Assembly: GCA_013265495.1 (NCBI GenBank)
Contig: MU057999.1
Location: 434,001 to 498,000 of the forward strand
DNA from: Vicugna vicugna
Taxonomy: Eukaryota
Direction of reading: 5' to 3'
DNA: 64,000 nucleotides
Shown: in pieces, positions 54,159-64,000 of the stretch
How positions within the stretch are numbered: position 1 is the first letter of the stretch
Layout of the letters: the number at the start of each line of letters is the position of its first letter
Notes under the pieces: generated by a model
Told to the model about the DNA's origin: nothing
Databases searched by the model: none
What the model saw: the letters and a program-made list of their open reading frames with translations, nothing else
Translations under genes and position numbers: made by a program

Positions 54159-54334
54159 CAGGGTTGGTTTCATGGATGGGTGATCGGTGCTTGCATGCAG
54201 GCTCATGCTCAGAAGGGCTCTGCCCTCGGTTTAAAGCTCTGCTGCCAATGCCTTGAAATTCTCAATAATTTTTGAACAAAGGGGCCCATGTTCTTATTTT
54301 GCAGTGGGCCTCACGGATTATGTAGCCAGTACTG
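54159..54334. mobile_element. MER45A-like hAT-Tip100 element nested in the L1
   Basis: cagggttggtttcatgg...gctcagaagggc...ttatgtagccagtactg, ~176 bp. Confidence 0.8.
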
Positions 54335-54454
54335 TTAGTCCCCCTTTGCAGGGATGCCCTCTGGCCACCTCAGCCTCAGGCAACCACTGATCTGCCTTTT
54401 TTTTTTCTTTCCAATTTTATTGAGATGTAATTGACATACAGCACCATATATATT

Positions 54455-54562
54455 TTAGGTGGGGGCAGGTAATCAGGTTTTACTTATTTATTTATGTGGA
54501 GGTGCTGGGGACTGAACCCAGCTAGGCACGTACTCTATCCCTAAGCTGTATCTGTCCTCCCT
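54455..54562 (-). mobile_element. Degenerate Vic-1-like SINE
   Basis: 'ggaggtgctggggactgaaccca' with an internal deletion. Confidence 0.7.
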
Positions 54563-55123
54563 GTATCTCCTGCCACTTACCTGCTTTTGTCATTATTGTC
54601 ACTAGAGGTCAAATTTGTCTTCTTTAGAGTTTCATATAAATGGACTCATAAAGTATGCACTTCTCTGTCTGATTTCTTTTACTCGGAACAATGCTCTTGA
54701 GGTTCACCCTTTTTTGTGTTTAGCAATAGTTTGTTTCTTTTTTATTATCGACTAGTATCCCATTGTGTGGCTACACCACAATGAGTCTTCCTAGTCGTTT
54801 GTTGATGGACATTTAGGTTGTTTATAGTGTTTGTATAGTACAAATAAAGCCTTTGTTTCTCTTGAGCAGATGCCTGGGGATGGATTGCCAAGTTGTAGGA
54901 TAAGTGTATGGCTAACTTTTTGGAAACTGCTGAACTGTTTTCCATTTACCATGCTTACCAACAATGTGTGAGAGTTCTAAATGCCCCACATTATTTCCAG
55001 CACTTTGTATTGTACCTGCTTTTAATTTTAGCCATTCTAATGGATAGGCTGTATCTCTTATTATGATTTTACTTTGCATTTACTTGGTAGTTAATGACGT
55101 TGAGCATCATTTCATGTGCTTTT

Positions 55124-55941
55124 TTTTTTTAATTTAAGAGTTTTTTAAATTGAAGTTTACTCAGTTTACAATATATCCATTTCTGGTGCACAGCATAATG
55201 TTTCACTCACACATGAACACACACATATTCCTTTTCATATTCTTTTTCATCATAAGTTACTACAAAATATTGAATATAGTTCCCTGTGCTATACAGAAGA
55301 AACTTGTTGCTTATCTATTTTATATATAGTAGTTAGTATCTGCAAATCTCGAACTCCCAATTTATCCTTTTCCAAACCCTTTTCCTTTGGGTAACCATAA
55401 GTTTATTTTCTAGGTCTGGGAGTCTGTTTCTGTTTTGTAAATAAGTTCATTTGTATTTTTTTCCCCTAGAGTCCACATATGAGTGGTAAAATCATACAGT
55501 ATTTTTCTTTCTCTTTCTGGCTTACTTCACTTAGTGTGACAGTCTCCGGGTCCACCAATGTTGCTGCAAATGGCATTATTTTATACTTTTTTACAGCTGA
55601 GTAGTAGCCATTGCATAAATATACCACAACTTCTTTATCCAGTCATCTGTCAATGGACATTTAGGTTATTTCCATGTCTTGGCTATTGTAAATAGCGCTG
55701 CTGTGAACATTGGGCTGCATGTTTCTTTTCGAATTATATTTTCCTCCAGATATATGTCCAGGAGTGGGATTGCTGGATCATACAGTAAGTTTATTTTTAG
55801 TTTTTTGAGGCATCTCCATACTGTTTTCCATAATGACTATACAAAACTACATTCCCACCAGCAGTGTAGGAGCATTCCCTTTGCTCCACACCCCCTCTAG
55901 CATTTATCATTTGTGGACTTTTTAATGATGGCCATTCTGAC
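55124..55941 (-). mobile_element. Young 5'-truncated L1 nested in the old L1
   Basis: Perfect 17-bp TSD tcatttcatgtgctttt at 55107-55123 and 55942-55958; poly-T at the left end. Confidence 0.92.
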
Positions 55942-58900
55942 TCATTTCATGTGCTTTTGATTATCTGTATGTTTCCTTTTGTAGTTTCTGTTCAAATCTT
56001 TTGCTCATATTTGTGCTTTTATTATTGAGTTCTTTATGTATTTTATATATACATCCTTTGTCAGATGTGTGTTTACTAATCAGAAACATTTTCTCCCATT
56101 CTGTGAGTTACCTTGTCATTTTCTTAATAGTGTCTTTTGAAAGTAGAAGTATTTTTAACTTGATGAAGTCCAACTTAATAATCTTATCTTTTATGGTTTG
56201 TGCTTTTTGGTATCCTAAGAAATTTTGCCTACGCCAAGATTACAAAACTTGACTCCTACATTTTCTTTTAGAAGTTTTAGTTTATTCTTTATCTTTAGGT
56301 CTATGATGCATTTTAAGTAAATTTTTGTCCATGGTATGAGATAAGAGTAAAGGTTCTTAAGAAAAAGAAGATCTTTTCTAAAGAAAAATGTTCTTTTTCT
56401 TTCCTTTTTTCTTTTCCCCCACATACTACCTCCAGTTGTTGGAACAGCACCATTTTTCCAAAAGCTTCCCTTCTGCCATTGAATTTTTGTTTGCACTTGT
56501 GTCAAAAAACAATGGCCACATATGTGGAGGTCCACTTCTGGATTCTCTGTTTTGTCCCATTGATTTATATGTCTATCCTTATGCTAATACCACATTGTCT
56601 TGATAATTATAGTACTTAGTCTTGAAATCAGGTAGGGAAGTATTTCAAACCTGTTGTTCATGAAAATTTTCTTAACTATTCTAAGTCCTTTGTACGCCCT
56701 TATAAATTTTAGAATCTGCATGTCAACATCACACTGACTCTATAGATCAATTTGGGGAGAACTGATTTTGTAACAATATTGGCTTTTCCAATTCATGTAC
56801 AATTCTCCATTTATTTTGGTCATTAATTTTTCTTAGTAATGTTTTGTAGTTTGTAGTACAGAAGTCTTACACATTTTTTTTGTTAAATTTATCCCTAAAT
56901 AGATAATACTTCTTCAATGATATTGTAAATGCTATTTTTTCTAATTGCTCATTGCAACTATACTGAAATACATTCAATTTTTGTATGTTGACTTTGTATT
57001 CTGTGATCTAAAACTTATTACTTCTAGTAGCATTTTTGTAGACTCCTGTTTTCTGTATACACAATCATGTCATCTGATAATAAGGACAGTTATATTTCTT
57101 TTAAAAATTTTATTTATTTTGTATTGTGATAAAATATATATAGCATAAAATTTACCATTTTAACCATTTTTAAGTGTACAGTTCTGTGGCATTAAGTGCA
57201 TTCACATTTTTGTGCAACCATCCATCTCCAGAACTTTTTCATCTTCCTCAACTTAAACTCTATGTCCTTTAAACAACGTAGTTTTACTTCTCATTTTCCA
57301 ATCTGTATGCCTTTTATTCTGTGTGCTTGCCTCTTATGCTGACTAAGACCTCTTGCACAATGTTGGACAGAAATGGTGAGAGCAGACATTCTTGCCTAGT
57401 TCCTGATCTCAGGTAGAAAGCATTCCATCTTTTACTATTAGGTATGAAGTTAGCTGTGGGTTTCTCATAGATGATGTTTGTAAGTTGGGAAATTCCCAAC
57501 TGTTCCTAAGGGGTTGAGAGTTTTTACTGTAAACAGATGTGGAATTTTGTCAAATGTTTTTGTTTGCTTTTTCTCTTTGTTTTTTGTTTCCTAAGATGAT
57601 CCTGTTGTTTTTATCTTTTATTCTGTTAATATGGTGAATTGTGCTGATTGATTTTCAAATGACAAATGATTGTTAACTCTGCTTTACTGGGATAAACCCT
57701 ACTTGTGTATAATATATTATCCTTTTTAAATACTGCTAAACTCTGGGCTAATATTTTGTTAGATATTTTTGTGTTTGTATTCATGAGGGATATTGATGTG
57801 TAGCTTTCTTTTAGTATCTGTGCTTGATTTTGGTGATAAGGTAATGCTGCCTTCATAGACCAAGTTTGAAAATGTTCCCTCATCTCTTCTATTGACAGTT
57901 TGTATAGTACTAGTATTTCTTTCTGAAATATTTGAAAGAATCCATCAGTAATGCCATCTGGGACTGGAATTTTCTTTACAGGAAGATGTTTATTTACGAA
58001 TTCAATTTATTTAATAGGCATATGATTATCCAAACTTTTTTATTTTTTCTTTTCTTGTTTTGGTATATTATATTTTTCAAATAATTTGTCCATTTCATCT
58101 AAGTTGTCAGGTATTGGCATAGATTTGTTCATAATACTCCCTTTTATCTTTTCCACATCTGTAACATCTGCAATAACGTGCCCTCTTTCATTCCTGGTAT
58201 TAGTGATTGTGTCTTCTCTCTTTTCTTCTTGGTCACTCTAGCTAACAGTTTATAAATTTTATTGATTTTTTAAAAAAACTAGAGGTTTAAAAAAATGATG
58301 CTCTCATTGTCCATTTTCATTGATTTTCACTCTTCCTACTTTCGATTTAATATGATCTTCATATTTTAGCTTCTCAAAGTGGAAATTTAAGTAACTGATT
58401 TTAGACCTTCTTTTCTAGTATAAAAATATAAAGCTATTAATTTTTCTCTAAGTACTTCTTTGGCTGCACTGTGTAAATTTCAATATGTTGTGTATTCGTT
58501 TTCATCTACTTCAAAATATTTTCATGATTTCTTCTTTGACCCATAGATTATTAAGAAGTTTGCTTTTTAATTTCTAAATATTGGGGGATTTTTTTCCCCT
58601 AGATATCTACTTGTTATTGATTTCTAATTTAATTCTGAGTAGGCAGAGAACATTTACTTCAATATTTTAATGTTTATTGAGAATTGTTTTATGGCCCAGA
58701 ATATGGTCTATCCTGGTGAATGTTCCTCGTACACGTGAAAAGAATGTGTGTTCTGCTGTTTTTGGTGTAGTGTTCTATAAATGTTAATGAAACCAAGTTG
58801 GTTGGTTACTGTTTAAATCTCCACATACTAGCTAGTGTTCTGTCTGCTTGTTTCTATAAATTAATAGAGAAGTGTTGAAATATCCAACTATAATTAAGGA

Positions 58901-61594
58901 TAAAATCTATTTCTCCTTTCAGTTCTGTTAATTTTTGTTTTATGCAGTTTGAAGCTTTATTGTTGGGTACAAAAATGTCGAGGATTCTTATGTTTCCTGG
59001 TGAATTGACCCTTTTATCATTATGAAATGTTCATTTTTATCTTTGATAATATTCTTTGAACTAAAACCTACCTCTTCTAATATAGCATTGTTAGCTTTCT
59101 TATAATTAGTATTTGTATTGTATATATTTTCCATAAAAGATATTTTTACCTTTAGCTTTTATGTGTCTTTATGTTTAAAGTGGATTTCTTATAGATAGCA
59201 TATAGTTGGGGCGGATTTTTTTTTTTAATCTAGTTGGTATTTCACTTTATCTCCACTTTTAGTTTGTAGGTATATGTCTTTGTTTTATTTTGTAATGGTT
59301 ACAATAGGATTTACAATGTATATCTTTAACTTATCACAGTCTCCATTTAAACAATGTTATACCATGTCAGGTATAATATAGAACTTTACAGCAATATGTT
59401 TAAGCCTCCAATCCTTTGTACTGTTATTATTATACATTCTGTTATAAATCCCACAATACAGTTATTATTTTTTTCTTTGAACAGCCAGTTATCTTTTAAA
59501 TAAATTTTTAAATGAGAAAAAAAATCTTATGTTTACCCACCTATTTACTATTTCTGAAATGGCATTTTTCATTCCTTTCTACAGGTACAAGTTTCCATCA
59601 GAGTCATTTTTCTTCAGCCTGAAAAAAGTTCTAATTTTTATTTATAAATTTTTTCTGTTTATATTTATAACCAATATTATTTTGTAAACTAGGTCTGTTG
59701 ACAATGAATTCTCTCAGCTTTTGTTTGCTTGAAATGTCTTTACTTCACTTTTAGTTTTGAAGTGTATTTTCACTTCTTATAGAATTCTAGATTGGTTTTC
59801 CCTTCAGCATTTCAAAGATGCCATTTCATTGTCTTCTGGCTTGCACTTTTTTCTGATGATAAATTTATGGGAGTTCTCATTTTTCTTCTTTTAAGTCTTT
59901 TTCTGTTTCCTTCCTTTGTGTGTTTTTTTCCCCTCCATCTGCTCCTTATCCTTGGTTTTTAGCCCTATGCCTCCGTGTTGTTTTATTTGTGTATGCCCTT
60001 TTAGGATTAGTTTAGCTCATTAGATCTGTGATTTGAAATTTTTTATCAAATTTGGAAATATTTTGGACATTATTTCTCCAAGTATTTCTCTGCTCCCCAA
60101 CTGCTTATACATATAGTCAACCACTTGACATGTTTTCATGGTTCACAGGCTCTGTTAATTTTTTTCTGTTAGTTTTTTTCAGGTTTTTTCTTCTCTCCAT
60201 GTGTCAGTTTGGAGAATTTCTGTTATTATGTCTTCAAATTCACTTGTCTTTTCTTCTGCAGTATGTAATCTGATGGTAATTCCATTCACTAAACTTTTCA
60301 CTTCAGATATTGTATTTTTTATCCCTAGAATTTCTATTTGTTCTCTTTTTTATGATCGATTTCTTTTCTCATTATGTCTATTTATATTAGCATATTTATA
60401 ATACCTGTTTTAACACAATTGTTTGCTTCCAAAATCTCTGTCATTTCTGGGTACGTTTCTATTGCTAATTTTTTTTTGTAGTTGTGGGTCACATTTTCCT
60501 ACCTCTTTGTGTGTCTAGTAATTTTTTGGGGGGGGTGGTCGGCATTGTCACAGTCGCCTTTTTGAGTGGTTGATATTTTTCTCTTTAAAGAATATTCAAC
60601 TTCGTTTCGGCATGCACTTGAGGAATTTAGGATCAACTCAATTTTTTGAAGGTTTGCCTTTAAATTTGTTAAGGCAGGCCTAGAGTAGCCTTTACTTGAG
60701 GTCTATTTTAGCCTACTACTAGATGTAACCCTGCTAGAATCTTGACTAAGTGCCCTGGGAGTCCAGTGAAATCTCTTCCTCTGGCTAGATCTATACTGTC
60801 GCAGAACCCTGTGGAAGCCCCGGGATTGTTCAATGCAGATCCCCAGTACTTCTTTGAATAGCCTCTCGGAGTTTCCCCCTGGCCATTCACAGCTCGGTTT
60901 TCAGTAACAGACTCAAGGAGATCACTATGTAGATTCCAGGAACTCCTTCTTAGCATAGTTCTTTCCTCTCTAGGGCTCAGCCCCATAAATTCCAGCCATT
61001 GTTGCCTCTCTGAACTCTGATCTCTGTCTGCTTAACTTAGCAAGGCTGTAATACTATTCTGTACTACTCTCTGGAAAAGTGGCTCCTGGCAGAAAGCCAG
61101 GCAGTTGCAGGGCTCACTGTTTCCTAATTCTCCTTGATTATTGCCCTGCACTGCCTGTTGTCCAGTATTTGGAAACAGCAGTTTTACATATTTTCAACTT
61201 TATCATTTTTTACATTTGAAGGACAAACCTCGTACCAGTTACTCTACCTTGCCTAGAAAAGAAAGATGGTTTTTTTAAAAAATAGATCCTACTCACAGTG
61301 GTGGTGACTCTAAACACTTTTTATGGAGCCACATACAAAGGGGCTTTGGGAACTGGAAAGCACTTTGGAGAATCTGAGGTGTGGAGATTGGACAGTGGTA
61401 GCAGAGGCCCAGGATGCCAGCAAAAGGATCTCAGCAGAAAATCTGGTAGTTTAGGCTAGAACAATTGTAATTTCCTGGCGTGCAGGCTGAGAATAGGATA
61501 GGAAAAGGATTTGAGTATTTTCTACCTAAACATTACTTGCTGCTTCTTCAAACAGAGAACCCAATATGAGGCGATCTGGCGCTTTTTCTTCTAA

Positions 61595-61765
61595 GAACTA
61601 GATCTCAACCTTGGGTACATACTAGAATCATCAAGGGAGCTTTTACAAATCCTGATGCTCAGGCTGTACTGAAAAATAAAATAAATCAGTCTTTGGGTGG
61701 GCATCTGTATTCTTTACAGCTCCTAAGGTAGTTCCAGTGAGTTTCCAAGGTCGAGAACCACGGCA
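61595..61765. mobile_element. MER5-like hAT-Charlie element
   Basis: 'tctcaaccttgggtacatactagaatcatcaagggagctttt...gagaaccac'. Confidence 0.75.
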
Positions 61766-64000
61766 CCAAGGTGCTCCGCAGCCAGCCTGGGCACTGCAGG
61801 TCTGTCTTCGTGGGGAGCTGTATCAAGTGCTCTCACTGTATCAGATGTGTAACTTACCTCCTTAACACCCGCTTCCTTTACTTTTCTGAGCATCTTCTCA
61901 CCTTTACTCTTATTTCGCTCAGAAGGAGGCACAGGTGATGAGACAGTGGGGAAGGCCAGGCAGGAATGTGTTGCAGTGGGAAGGAGGGGAGTGTGGATCC
62001 AGGAACAGTGAGGGAGGTGGGGGCAGAGAGTAGAGGCTGCAGAGGGGGCGTGGGGAGGAGGTCTCCACTGCCCCTTCCCCTCCTCCTACTTTCATATTTC
62101 CTTCCTCGCTCCAGGCCCAAGTAAGTCTGGAGCTAGGCAGCTCGGTTGGCAACTGTCCAAGGTCTTCTGCCCACACTTCCTGGCTACAATCCTCCTTCAG
62201 GGTGATGACAAGGCCCTGGAAGTCCCTTCCTATTTACTGAGGAAGTGTGGGCTTGTCTCCTGGAAACAAAGTCCACAGGCTTTCTGTGATGAAAAGCACC
62301 CCAGATCAGAGCTCCTGCCCTGCCACTGACCCCAGAGTGACCCTGGCCAGTTGCCTCTCCCCTAGGCACCTCAGTTTCCCCACCTGTAAAATTAGGGAAC
62401 CACACTGCATAGTTTCCCTGGTCTTCTGGCCCTGACAGTTTGAACACATGTGGGAAGCCTTGTGTTTCTTTTGGGAAGATTCCAGAACCAGGCTCCAGAA
62501 CTTCTCAGAGATGTGTGGCATCTGGTGGGTGTCCTCTGACCTCCCCTCTGGAACATCCCCAACTCTGAGAAACAGGTCGGAAATGGAGATCTTTGGCAGC
62601 TGAGAAGATGTCAGATGGATTGTTAGATATGTAGCAAAGTATGCAGTAGAATTGGACCATAGCTTAGCCTTTTCTTTCTTTCCTTTAAAACTGGGAAAAA
62701 TGAATACTTTGAAAGGGTCATGTCGGGGACAGATTAAACGTCTATTTTGAAAGAGACCATGCAGGCCTCTCATGTGGTGCAGGAAGGGAAAGACATGTTC
62801 TCTCTTGGCTGAGCCTGTGCCATGGAGATTCCCAGGGATTAGGTGGGGTGATGGGGGACAGCCATATGAAAGATGCCACAAGAGGACCCTGTCCTTGGAG
62901 GATGTCTGGAAGCTGGGAGAAGCCCAAGTAACAAGGGACTCTGCAGAAGGAGCCTGGGGGCTCTCTGAGGAGATGCACGGAGCAGCAGTGGAGGAGGGAT
63001 TTCTGTTCATGCAGTAAGGGGCCAGTGGAAGAGGCAGGTCCCTAGGCTGGACCCTGCAGCTCAGCCCAGCCACCAGCAGAGAGATGCCCTCACACGGACT
63101 TGGGTAGAAGGGGCAGTAGTGCTGGGCCGAGGAGAGTGAGGAGGCCGTCTGGAAGCATGTCTCCAGAGCCCACGGGGAGCAGACGTTCAGGGAACCCAGA
63201 TTCCTTGACTGGGAGGGCGAGGGCTGAGGTAGAACAAGAAGTGGTCCTTCCTTTCCAAATAGAGCTGCTGAGACCTGGGGCGCGAGGGATGCTCCTCCCA
63301 GCACTTATCCCGCAGTACACAGACCCACCACGCAGAGCTGGGCAGAGAGCTGATTACAAGAGCAGAACGTATAGGACCCGGTGCCTTCGGGTGCGTTTAC
63401 GGAGCTGCTGCTGGGATTATCATCATTGCTAATGACCCAGCACGGGGATGTTTTCGTGAGCTGTGGCCCAGTTTACGTGGATCCTCGTGTTGACTTCTGC
63501 TTGGTAACTAGGGTACCACCGTCCAGGCCTGACCCTCACATCTGTAGGGCCCAGGCCAAGAGCACCAATGGAGGCTTACGTACTTAAACATTACAGATTC
63601 TGCTGACAACCAAATTTAAGAGCAATATGAGTGACTTAATACTGCAAACTGTCCCTTAGCCACCGTATACACACAGCTGCTGTGAATGCAGCACTAATTC
63701 GTGGAGGACATCCAGAAACACACATTGGAACACAAATTGAGGCAAGGAACAGATGCTCAGCACTGCTGGGAAATTATATTCTGTTATGATGCAAGCATCT
63801 ACTGCATTCATACTCTGTGAGAGGAAGGGTGGGGTGGGCTAATTTGGGCTAATTTGCTCGATCTGAGCACTCTTCACCATCTAAGCACACTGCTCCCCTC
63901 TGATGTCACACCTTCACACAACAGCCAGTCACTTTGTTTTGAGGATTCAGGACAAAAGGCCCAGGAACAGGTTTTCCTGGGCTCTCAACAGCGCTCATCA

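Larger units (their letters stand above)
53990..61260 (-). mobile_element. Long (~7 kb including nested inserts) ancient L1, 3' UTR to ORF1/5' region
   Basis: ORF2 remnants 57314-57499 (IYEKPTANFIPN...AFYLRSGTRQECLLSPFL.NIV.EVL, RT region) and 56215-56535 (YLIPWTKIYLKCIIDLKI); continuous antisense L1 text. Confidence 0.9.

Noticed and set aside
62306..63304. 332-aa minus-strand ORF, the longest in the window
   Set aside because: GTG start, ends inside a MIR, no recognisable domain; most likely a chance open frame. PhyloCSF would settle it.

Overview
Mammalian genomic DNA, probably camelid judging by a repeated Vic-1-like tRNA-derived SINE. The first ~9 kb hold the 5' half of AMOTL2 (angiomotin-like 2, Hippo/YAP pathway) on the minus strand: coding exons at 5232-4499, 1723-1414 and 352-208, candidate alternative first exons, and a CpG-island promoter with TEAD sites. 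The gene continues off the left edge. The remaining ~55 kb is upstream intergenic DNA with L1, L2/MIR, LTR, DNA-transposon and SINE insertions (often nested, with visible TSDs), an orphan CpG island at ~33 kb, candidate AP-1/TEAD enhancers and three retroposed polyadenylated 3'-end fragments. I found no convincing new biological system. The best second-look items are a mirtron-like hairpin at the exon 3 acceptor, the reading-frame logic of three alternative first exons, and the retrocopies. Repeat family names and human comparisons come from my recall, not from searches.
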